Source: a virus
Lineage: Duplodnaviria > Caudoviricetes
Strand: one strand, 5' to 3'
IMG/VR virus record: IMGVR_UViG_3300020045_002012
Location: 1-59,450 of that record
DNA length: 59,450 bases
Position 1 is the first letter of the stretch. Every line of letters starts with the position of its first letter. This document shows positions 9,492 to 17,335 of the stretch, piece by piece. A program made the position numbers and the translations under genes. Under the pieces are notes generated by a model that saw only the letters and a list, made by a program, of their open reading frames with translations, made no database searches and had not been told where the DNA came from.

Positions 9492-11045
9492 TTATCGCGA
9501 ATACGGATTGCCATACCGCTTAGCGGCATAATCCACGGTAAGTTCTTCTTCGTCCTCAATGTTTTCGAGGGATGCTATCAGGTTAGCATCGCGCGCATAT
9601 ATAACACATTGGGTAAACGTATCCACAGAGTCATCGTGAGCGCCGTTGGGGAACATCTCACATTCTTTTACAAAGTCCTTGGCCCAACTGACAAACTGCT
9701 TCGGCTGCTTCTTAGACTCTGGAATGTACACAATGTTCGTCTCCAGTATTGGCGCGGTCATGTGGGCACGCGTTTCTTTACTGGCACTGCCTGGATTATA
9801 CGGTCTAACTGGCAACCCCGCTACCTGCATGTCTTGGATTATAGACTGGCCAGAAGCCTTCTTCTCAACCAAGATAAAGTCAGCTCTACGTTTAGCCTCT
9901 CCGTACTCTGATTTCCACTCATCTAAGACCTTCTGCTTGAGTGCTGGGTACCCTAGATTGCCGGCGAAAGAGTCAAGCAGGAGCATGCACTTCCGGCCTT
10001 CGTGCGTAAAGAAACCCCAAACTGTAAGAGCGCTAGGGTCACCTTTGCTGTGTTCTACAAACGCCGTGTCGTAGGACTGTATCACAGCTTCGAAGGCGGG
10101 CAGTTCTTTATCGGCTGGCCACATCTGGAAGTGGGAAACACGTAGTATACCGCCCCCGGCTGGGGATGGGCGCTGCTGGAGTTGCCCCGCGCTGGCATAT
10201 TCGCCTAGGTTGCGCTCTAGCGCCTGTACCACTTTCTCAGGAAAAAGTGCTGGCCAGAGAAGCTCACCTTCCTTGGTCCTTGGGTCTTCGAAGCCAATGC
10301 ATGTTTTTGGCTTACGCAATGCGGCCTCATACCTCATTGGGAGACAGAGTTCCGTGTAACCGCCAATGTCGTCAATAATATGCCCAGAAATGTCCCGTTC
10401 ATGTAATCTCTGCATTACGCAAATTGTTGCAGCATTACGCGATACACCACGAGTGGACAGCGTCTGGTCGAACCAGTCAAGCGCTGTTTGGCGTTCCGCG
10501 TCTGACTGCGCAGTTTTGGCACTGTGTGGGTCATCTACGATCTTCAAATCCATGTGATAGCCCGTCATTTTTCCGCCAATACCCGCAGCCATGCGCGAAC
10601 CGCCTTCGGTCAAGTCAAATTTAGCCTTTTGGTCTTCACCTTTCTTAATTTGGACATGCGGCCAACGAGCTTGGTACCAGTCAGACAAAATAATAGCCCT
10701 GGTTTTCATTGAGTCTCTAACCGCAAGACTTTCGCCATACGAGGCGCTAAATACCCGAAGTGACGGGTCTTTAATCCACCACCATGCGTTCAGCATCACA
10801 GACACTAGGATAGACTTGCTTGTTCCAGGCGGGATGTTCAAGACCAGATTTTTGATGTCCCCCTCTTGGACGGCTTCGAGATGGGAAGCGATGGCCTCCA
10901 AATGCCAATTTGATTTGAACTCATGCCCAGGCTCAATAACATGCCAAGCGTGCCTACAAAACTCAAACAGCGACTCTTCTGCATCTCGGTAGTCTTTTTC
11001 CCGTCTAATGGCGTCCTTTAAAATGCCTGGGGTTACGACTGCCAT
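9492..11045 (-). CDS. terL: Terminase large subunit
   Basis: NIPPGTSKS (Walker A), IVDDPH (Walker B), MQRLHERD, SYDTA and HDDSVD nuclease motifs. Confidence 0.95.
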   Translation of the reverse strand: MAVVTPGILKDAIRREKDYRDAEESLFEFCRHAWHVIEPGHEFKSNWHLEAIASHLEAVQEGDIKNLVLNIPPGTSKSILVSVMLNAWWWIKDPSLRVFSASYGESLAVRDSMKTRAIILSDWYQARWPHVQIKKGEDQKAKFDLTEGGSRMAAGIGGKMTGYHMDLKIVDDPHSAKTAQSDAERQTALDWFDQTLSTRGVSRNAATICVMQRLHERDISGHIIDDIGGYTELCLPMRYEAALRKPKTCIGFEDPRTKEGELLWPALFPEKVVQALERNLGEYASAGQLQQRPSPAGGGILRVSHFQMWPADKELPAFEAVIQSYDTAFVEHSKGDPSALTVWGFFTHEGRKCMLLLDSFAGNLGYPALKQKVLDEWKSEYGEAKRRADFILVEKKASGQSIIQDMQVAGLPVRPYNPGSASKETRAHMTAPILETNIVYIPESKKQPKQFVSWAKDFVKECEMFPNGAHDDSVDTFTQCVIYARDANLIASLENIEDEEELTVDYAAKRYGNPYSR

Positions 11046-11551
11046 TGGTTGCCTTTTGAACAGTTCTCAGTTGCCGTTATTACTCTTAAATTACTTGGTA
11101 CATGCAAACCAGATACACTTATTCCCCGCAATGGGATTTCGTGGTCAACGTGGTGGGGCACCCCAGTTTCTGCTGTTAACTTTTGTGCTTCCGCATAGCG
11201 CATAGTTATGGCCTCACGGTCTGCGGCAGTCAGCCATCCAGGCACCCTATTTATTTTGGCAAGTTCGTAGGAGCGCCAAAGCGCGAGTGTCTTATCGTGA
11301 TTTTTTGCTTTCCAAGCTCTATTGTACGCATTGGCTTTGTCGCGGCCAGCTTGTGTAGCCCGTACTTTTAGCGCGTAGCTATTAACTGCTGCTGTAATTT
11401 TTGCACGGCCCTCTGGCGTGGCTCTCACCTCAGCCTGTAATGCGGACTTACAAGCTAGGCAAACATTGCCACTTATCTTACCGAGCTTAGTAACCCACAC
11501 ACCCTGTACCGCGTCCTTCGTCTCCAAGCACGCCTTACACGTCTTCAACAT
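11033..11551 (-). CDS. HNH homing endonuclease
   Basis: HHVDHEIPLRG..VSGLHVPSNLRVITATENCSKGN; N-terminal CxxC pairs; ATG at 11551 has a GGAG RBS and an upstream TGGTATAAT. Confidence 0.9.
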   Translation of the reverse strand: MLKTCKACLETKDAVQGVWVTKLGKISGNVCLACKSALQAEVRATPEGRAKITAAVNSYALKVRATQAGRDKANAYNRAWKAKNHDKTLALWRSYELAKINRVPGWLTAADREAITMRYAEAQKLTAETGVPHHVDHEIPLRGISVSGLHVPSNLRVITATENCSKGNQWQS

Positions 11552-11592
11552 GTGATATTCTCCGCTAAGTACCAAGCGTCATTATACCACGC

Positions 11593-12798
11593 TTATCTAC
11601 ACCGAGCAAGACCACCGTTCTTGTAGTTGAGCAAGTTGCCCTTCTTAATCTCTTCCATGAGCTCGGGGGTAAGCTCAATATTGTTCCAGCCGGTGCTTCG
11701 GTTCACCTTCACCCCTTGGTCTTGGAGCGGCTCGTACAGTTCTTTGTTCAGGGTAGTGTCATACAGCTTGTTGTAGAAGCTGCGCTTGCTTGGATCACGC
11801 ACTGACGCGATGCCTGCGCCTGTCGGGATGTTAACAAACGGAATGTTGGCGGCAGCAGCTCGGTCCAACACGGAGCGGCCAAGTTTGCCATAAATGCCTT
11901 GGAGTTCAGGCAGTGCGCCTTCACCTAACGCGTGCAGTGGGTCTGACTGAATCTCATCTAGGTTCATAACTTGTTGGTTTGGGCTAATTGATCCCCTGAC
12001 ATGGCCAAGCTGCCCGCTATTACCGAAGTGGTAGCTTTCGCTGGGCCAGCTTTCACCATTGTCAGCTACTATATGGTTTATCTCACGCGCGCGCTGTGGC
12101 GGAGCCCGCAGCACATTCTCAAAGTAGTCATCGCCTCGCGTAGGCGGCTGGCGTTGGTACTGCGCGTAGCTTGGTTCAAAGCTAGCAGACATGCGCTTTG
12201 CTTCAGCATTAGCCTGGTCCCAAGCCTCGCGGGACGCATCAGAGTCAATTATGCTGTCGTTTGTATAGCCGGCAACGTTCTCAAAGTCTGGGTCGTCCTG
12301 CATATTGTCGATATGCTGTATTGCTGCTTTTTCCCAGTCTTTAAGATCTGGGCCTCGCAGCGGCATATTATTGATTAGCTGTCCTGCGGTGCTGTCACCC
12401 GCTTCTTCCAGCTCCTTAAGCATTTTTGCCCACAGTTCTGAGCGCCGGTCTAAGTACTCAGTCCCCCAAAGCAAGTCCTCAGCGTTATCTTGTACAGCGT
12501 CCTCATCTGCAGCGCGCTTCACACTTCTTTGTACCAAGAGCTTAGGCTTTTTGGCCGCGGCAGCCAGCATTTCAGGCGAGAGCTTGGTACTAGGTACTAG
12601 GTGCCCAAACATCTGCTCGATTTGCGCTTGCTTGACACCTGGCTTGCCTTTCAGCTGCTGGAGGAGCTGGCTAGTCTGCTGCAGGCCACCACGCAAGTTC
12701 CCAGCTGTCTGAATGATCCTGGGCGCCATAGCTGTCTCTACCGCCTTAACGGGAGAGACTATCTTCATCAACTTCTGGATGTTTGCCAGGGTACTCAT
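11593..12798 (-). CDS. Putative virion cargo protein (polyvalent-protein-like domain)
   Basis: 401 aa; HF...GHVRG...LDEIQSD motif recalls large-polyvalent-protein domains; ends in YKNGGLARCR. Confidence 0.5.
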   Translation of the reverse strand: MSTLANIQKLMKIVSPVKAVETAMAPRIIQTAGNLRGGLQQTSQLLQQLKGKPGVKQAQIEQMFGHLVPSTKLSPEMLAAAAKKPKLLVQRSVKRAADEDAVQDNAEDLLWGTEYLDRRSELWAKMLKELEEAGDSTAGQLINNMPLRGPDLKDWEKAAIQHIDNMQDDPDFENVAGYTNDSIIDSDASREAWDQANAEAKRMSASFEPSYAQYQRQPPTRGDDYFENVLRAPPQRAREINHIVADNGESWPSESYHFGNSGQLGHVRGSISPNQQVMNLDEIQSDPLHALGEGALPELQGIYGKLGRSVLDRAAAANIPFVNIPTGAGIASVRDPSKRSFYNKLYDTTLNKELYEPLQDQGVKVNRSTGWNNIELTPELMEEIKKGNLLNYKNGGLARCR

Positions 12799-13202
12799 TA
12801 CGTAGGCGCTCCTGCCTTGGCCAGCAGGCCAGACAGCACATCCAGCTCCGCTCCGCTCAAGCTCTTTAGCGCATCTGCGCTAAGCTGAATGGCACTGCCA
12901 TCTGGTCCTGCAACCTCGATGCTGGCTGGGATCTTTCTATGCATGTACTCCAGCAGCACTCTACTGGCTGCAATGCGGTCTTTTGGGGCCGCGAACGGGT
13001 TCACGCTGATGCGGCGTAGCACGTCGAATGGGTGTTGGTTGACGCCCATATGGAGTAAGTACTTCGCTTGCAGTTCTAGGCCCTCGGCGGAGAGGGGGTT
13101 AATCCCTTTGCCTCCCTGCGACTCGATATACTGCAAGTACGCCACGTTGTCGTCTTCGTACGGGGTACCCATACTGTCTAGGTCTTCGTGAGTTAGCGCC
13201 AT
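12798..13202 (-). CDS. terS: Terminase small subunit (putative)
   Basis: 134 aa, first gene of the packaging operon; DRIAASRVLLEYMHRK..SIEVAGPDG pattern typical of small terminases. Confidence 0.65.
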   Translation of the reverse strand: MALTHEDLDSMGTPYEDDNVAYLQYIESQGGKGINPLSAEGLELQAKYLLHMGVNQHPFDVLRRISVNPFAAPKDRIAASRVLLEYMHRKIPASIEVAGPDGSAIQLSADALKSLSGAELDVLSGLLAKAGAPT

Positions 13203-13351
13203 TGCTGTGCTCCAATAATAAGGCTGTTACTATATTACACCCTTTATACCGCGTTCCGGGCCGGAAGTACACTCTTTTGCGTTGCCAGCAACTTCCAAAG
13301 CCCCACTCCCCACCCAGCATGCCTGCCAAGTACTAGTTTTAAAACGCGCGT

Positions 13352-13640
13352 AGTCGGAGGTAAGACAGGCCGACGACGACGTCTGACTAGCCTTAAGCAA
13401 TTGATTTATATGAAATTTTGAATATTTTTTAGTCAGGCAGGTAGGCGTTGTCGAAAACATAAACTTTTCGCGGTAAAACAATACTACGCTTTCTATTATG
13501 TATAAATTGTAAAGCACATAATTGTTTTTAAAATTAAATTTTAATATGACTAACTGTCTACCTGACTAATTTAAATAAATTTTATATATAAAACAAGTAC
13601 ATAGGGTCAGGCGGAGAGAGCTTCTTGTCCGCCTGACCCT
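13352..13640. promoter_or_regulatory. Origin-like module A: GTC(A/G)G repeats, IHF consensus site, AT-rich core, hairpin
   Basis: TAAGCAATTGATT (13394-13406) matches IHF YAANNNNTTGATW; AT-rich 13480-13600; 13-bp inverted repeat 13603-13615/13628-13640. Confidence 0.5.
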
Positions 13641-13858
13641 CGTCTACTGCGCCGCCCAACACTAGGTGCTATGTTGCTAGGTACTATGCCTTTACTGCCT
13701 GCCATTAGGTGCTGGGTACGAAGTCGCATAAGAATGTCAATTTGTAGTAATTTTGTGCGTGGTGCTAGGTATACCTGAGACCTATTACACCCAATGTAAA
13801 TGGGGCTTGCCGGCCCCGCAATACGGTAGTACACACCACCACCCAGGACCCAGTATGT

Positions 13859-13945
13859 GGTACTCAGTACCACCATATGACATCCACCGCCATACGGTAC
13901 TGAGTACCACCATACGACATCCACCGCCATACGGTGCTTAGTACC
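13859..13945. repeat. 37-bp tandem repeat, about 2.4 copies, each starting with palindromic GGTACTNAGTACC
   Basis: Units at 13859-13895 and 13896-13932, partial from 13933. Confidence 0.9.
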
Positions 13946-13964
13946 CCATAATGGTGTATGCCGA

Positions 13965-14147
13965 CAGCATACTGTCTCAGTCGTATGGTCTAAGTACAGT
14001 GTCATACTGTCTCAGTCGTATGGTCTAAGTACAACAGCATACTGTCTCAGTCGTATGGTCTAAGTACAACAGCATACTGTCTCAGTCGTATGGTCTAAGT
14101 ACAACAGCATACTGTCCCAGTCGTATGGTCTAAGTACAGTGTCATAC
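13965..14147. repeat. 35-bp tandem repeat, 5 copies plus a partial
   Basis: CAGCATACTGTCTCAGTCGTATGGTCTAAGTACAA units at 13965, 14000, 14035, 14070, 14105; no spacers. Confidence 0.95.
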
Positions 14148-14167
14148 CCTCTAAGTACTAGGTACGA

Positions 14168-14238
14168 AGTCCGCCACTCAGTTTGTTTCTGACCGAGCAG
14201 TAACGTAAGCCTGACGAAAACAAACTGAGTGGCGGACT
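14168..14238. repeat. Perfect 21-bp inverted repeat with 29-nt loop
   Basis: AGTCCGCCACTCAGTTTGTTT (14168-14188) and AAACAAACTGAGTGGCGGACT (14218-14238). Confidence 0.92.
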
Positions 14239-14334
14239 CAGAAAGGCCGTTCGTGGTCGTTCGTGCAGTCAACTGACTAACGAATTTCAACCGATTCGAT
14301 AGCTAAATACTCGTCACAAACTGTTGCAACAAAG

Positions 14335-14452
14335 TTGTGTACTTATAAACCTATGAGTCTATAATTCTACTCATGCGATCAATAACTGACTGCATCCGCT
14401 GGTAAGCAGGTTCTGCTGGCGGACGGGACTTCCCCGTCGATCTTTAAAAATT
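14335..14452 (+). promoter_or_regulatory. Early promoter and structured leader with boxA-like element
   Basis: TATAAT at 14360-14365; two hairpins at about 14394-14438; CGATCTTTAAAAATT at 14438-14452 resembles Nus boxA. Confidence 0.5.
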
Positions 14453-14463
14453 GGAGAGTTAAA

Positions 14464-15003
14464 ATGGCCCGCAAAGCTAAAGTTGCAGTTGAAGTTGTTG
14501 CCCCTGTTGTTGTTGAAGTTGCAGACGGTCTCTATGTATCGCCTGCTGTTGCTGAGCTAATCCCAGCTGAGCTGGTTGAGGAAGTTGTTGTTCCGGTTGA
14601 ACTGGTTGAGGAAGTTGTTGTTCCGGTTGAACTGGTTGAGGAAGTTGTTGTTCCGGTTGAACTGGCCCCTAGCGAGTTTCTTGCCTTGTTGATGGCCCCA
14701 GTAGCTGGAGAGGTTGTTGCGAAGCAAGCAACCTCTAAGAACCAAGGCGTTGGTAAAATGATTCGCGAACTGATTACGGATGGTCTCTCCAACACAGCCA
14801 TCCTCAAGAAAGTTCATGATGAGTATGGCAACAAGAACACCACCTATGCCTGTGTTGCATGGTACCGAAACAAGATGAAAAAGACTGCCCAAGTTGTGAG
14901 CACTACTAAGGCGGTTGAGGTGGTTGAGAAGTTCTTGGCGGAAGAGAATGACGAGTCTGAACTGGAAACCGCTGACGAGCTTCGCCAAATGGTTGGTCTG
15001 TAA
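14464..15003 (+). CDS. Early acidic protein with putative HTH-like DNA-binding domain
   Basis: GGAG RBS; (LVEEVVVPVE)x3; C-terminal GVGKMIRELI...VAWYRNKM domain paralogous to 33091-33870. Confidence 0.75.
   Translation: MARKAKVAVEVVAPVVVEVADGLYVSPAVAELIPAELVEEVVVPVELVEEVVVPVELVEEVVVPVELAPSEFLALLMAPVAGEVVAKQATSKNQGVGKMIRELITDGLSNTAILKKVHDEYGNKNTTYACVAWYRNKMKKTAQVVSTTKAVEVVEKFLAEENDESELETADELRQMVGL
14572..14665 (+). repeat. In-frame 30-bp perfect tandem repeat x3
   Basis: CTGGTTGAGGAAGTTGTTGTTCCGGTTGAA at 14572, 14602, 14632. Confidence 0.95.
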
Positions 15004-15021
15004 GAAAGGGCGGGGTCTTAA

Positions 15022-15072
15022 ATGATCCTGCTCTTCCTCATTCTTCTAGTAATCATCCTATGGTTTGCCTAG
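15022..15072 (+). CDS. 16-aa hydrophobic peptide MILLFLILLVIILWFA
   Basis: ATG..TAG between the early gene and its terminator; purine-rich upstream; all residues hydrophobic. Confidence 0.4.
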   Translation: MILLFLILLVIILWFA

Positions 15073-15090
15073 GATTAAGCTAGAACCAAG

Positions 15091-15121
15091 TACCCAGTCC
15101 TTAGAGACTGGGTATTTTTTT
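15091..15121 (+). terminator. Rho-independent terminator
   Basis: TACCCAGTC-cttaga-GACTGGGTA followed by a T run. Confidence 0.85.
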
Positions 15122-15228
15122 GCCTGTGCCTTTCTTTCCAGGCCCTGGAACTAGGTCCCCGGCGGGGAGGTCGGCTGCTAATACGCTGAAAGCCTATAGC
15201 AACCCGGAACTTAGTACTCGGTACTGGG

Positions 15229-15594
15229 CTATTGTTTCACGTATGCCTTGCTCTTTGGTCGCCTGCTTGGTTTTGCGGATTTGTCCGGCATGTCGTCACC
15301 GCATATAAGACACGAGTGTCTATCTACACGAATCTCCATGCCAAATGCCCCGCCGTATGTTCGGTTTAGACCTACGCCAGGCACGGTGCTATTTAAGAAC
15401 GCTATCCATGTTTGTTCAGCAACGTAGGCAGCCTCCTCTGTTAGATTTTCCTCAAGCACTTCCATGTATGGCTTTCCTAGCCCCAGTGGCTTCCACTTAA
15501 CTTTGTGTGAAGCAAGCCTAGCCGCGGGATTTGATGTTCGGCCCACGTATATTAACGAAGACCTGGGCCAACGCAGCACGTATACGGTATACAT
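15229..15594 (-). CDS. GIY-YIG endonuclease
   Basis: TVYVL...IYVGRTSNPAARLASH...E..WI...GLN motif order; AGGAG RBS; TGTTATAAT upstream on the minus strand. Confidence 0.85.
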   Translation of the reverse strand: MYTVYVLRWPRSSLIYVGRTSNPAARLASHKVKWKPLGLGKPYMEVLEENLTEEAAYVAEQTWIAFLNSTVPGVGLNRTYGGAFGMEIRVDRHSCLICGDDMPDKSAKPSRRPKSKAYVKQ

Positions 15595-15970
15595 GACATT
15601 CTCCTAAATAAATATTATAACAGTTATCGCGTTAAATCGGCAGCCGAAACGACAAAAAATAGTGCCTTAAGCACTCCATTCGCATCCGCTATCGAATTGG
15701 GTCGGCCGTACTTACCCGAACGTACTCGGTCACTTAAACAAACTCGACAGCGAGCTTCGCTTCCAGATACACGGAGCACACCATTACACTGAAAACCTAT
15801 AACATTCTTGAACTTAGACCCGCGGAGCGATGCGGCAAATACTACTGGCTACCGAGGCCTGAGTACTTGGTACTGGCGGCAAAATTGCAGGCGGCAAACA
15901 GGTAATTTGTAGGCAGCTAGGTACTCGGTATTTGAGTATGACAAACAGCTAATTCGAAAAAAAAAATTGC

Positions 15971-16245
15971 AGTCGGAGGTAAGTCGGACAAGTGGGGTAG
16001 CCCGACTGATACTAAGTTATTGTTTTTATTAAATAATAGGTATATATATAGTCAAGTAGTCAGTTAGACACAATAAAGTGATTTTCGTAAAGCATTAAAT
16101 CGGCGGCAGGGTGAGTAGTATACTAAGCCCTTTCCCGAAAAAAGTTTACGAAAGGGGCGTCTCGCTGACTCGCTGAAATATTGATGTTTATAATCATACA
16201 CTTAGGACCCACTCTTAATCCCCCAGTCAGCCTCACGCTGACTCA
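15971..16245. promoter_or_regulatory. Origin-like module B, colinear with module A
   Basis: AGTCGGAGGTAAG 15971-15983; IHF-like TAAGTTATTGTTT 16013-16025; AT-rich tract; inverse IHF-like AATCATACACTTA 16192-16204; CTGAC repeats. Confidence 0.5.
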
Positions 16246-16653
16246 GTGAACGCACGGACATACAAGCTTTAACAACCGCGTACCGAGTACAAAGTACTTA
16301 GTAATCAGCTACTTACAGCTTTAAGCTAATTTACTTTATCACCAAAATACTGGAGCTTTCGACACCGAACAGAATTACCGCGACGCCCTGTCATATTTTA
16401 CGCCATTCGCATGCCTCCAAGTCAAGCTTGGTACCGAGCATTACGACCGCCACTTGGCGAGCCACTATGTCATACGCATGCTCGTTTTAGAACGTACGCA
16501 TAGCCATTTCTCCCGCCGCACCGCCACCCCCAAAGCACCAAGTACCGAGCAAAAACCTGTCTCTCCACCGGCAAATTATGCTTATTTATAGGCGGTTTGC
16601 TGCGTTATAATTATTGTCTGTTTTAAGCGTCGCTCCTGTAGTCCCATGTACTT

Positions 16654-17328
16654 ATGCCTGAGTATACTATGAATCCAATTACCTACGAACCAAGTCCTGT
16701 AATAGCGGACAAGCTCTCCACTTACCTTAGGACCGAGACAGAAGCCTTGTTCCGTTTGCCCGTTGACGACAGCTCGCCCAACGGCATTATGAGCTACGGC
16801 GCCTGGAAGAGCACACCTGAAGGTCGTCTCCACATGCAACTTATGGCCAGGTATGCTGTCGGCATGGACAGTGTAGATGCAAAGCGCGTGAATAGCATGC
16901 AAATGCGCCTGCAGGCGCAGGGCCGAGAATCTAAAGGTCGCCCCCGTGTGTTTGACCGCAGAAAAGCTAGCTTGACGTACCAGCGCAAAGTCAAGTTGTA
17001 CCTGTTGGACAAGCTGATTGCCAAGGCATTAGGACTTGACCCTGAGCTGATAAGGAAGCCGTTTGAGATAGACTGCCCGCCGGCCCGTTCAGAGCCCGCT
17101 GACACATATGAGGCTCTCCGCCGGTTTGAGGCGTGGACGGGGCTGACTCTCCCAACGGCTGCGTGGCTGTTATACACTAAAGACGAGCGCGCTAGGATGC
17201 ACGAGGCTAGGCCGAGCATGGAGCACGGCGGCGACGGGTGCGTCACGCTGAAGGCGTACAAGCTGGCCAAGTCTGTTGTCAGACTCGTGGCGTCAGCTGA
17301 TGCCACGCCACCAAGTACCGGGGAGTGA
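16654..17328 (+). CDS. Hypothetical protein
   Basis: 224-aa ORF downstream of TATAAT (about 16606) and directly upstream of the primase. Confidence 0.6.
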   Translation: MPEYTMNPITYEPSPVIADKLSTYLRTETEALFRLPVDDSSPNGIMSYGAWKSTPEGRLHMQLMARYAVGMDSVDAKRVNSMQMRLQAQGRESKGRPRVFDRRKASLTYQRKVKLYLLDKLIAKALGLDPELIRKPFEIDCPPARSEPADTYEALRRFEAWTGLTLPTAAWLLYTKDERARMHEARPSMEHGGDGCVTLKAYKLAKSVVRLVASADATPPSTGE

Positions 17329-17335
17329 GCCCTAA

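Noticed and set aside
13965-14147. 35-bp repeats as a CRISPR array
   Set aside because: Units are contiguous with no unique spacers, and no cas genes are present.
14186-14225. Hammerhead ribozyme (CTGAccGA...CGAAA)
   Set aside because: Core-like words are present, but there is no room for stem I or a correctly placed cleavage triplet, and the CUGANGA box has an extra base.
13230-14290. ORFs 13230-13517, 13607-14005, 13753-13941 and 14060-14290
   Set aside because: They run across AT-rich regulatory DNA and tandem repeats, lack clear RBSs and give repeat-derived translations.
15600-16650. tRNA or other known ncRNA in the 1-kb non-coding stretch
   Set aside because: No cloverleaf, T-loop or family motif was recognisable by eye. 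A covariance-model scan would be needed to exclude it fully.
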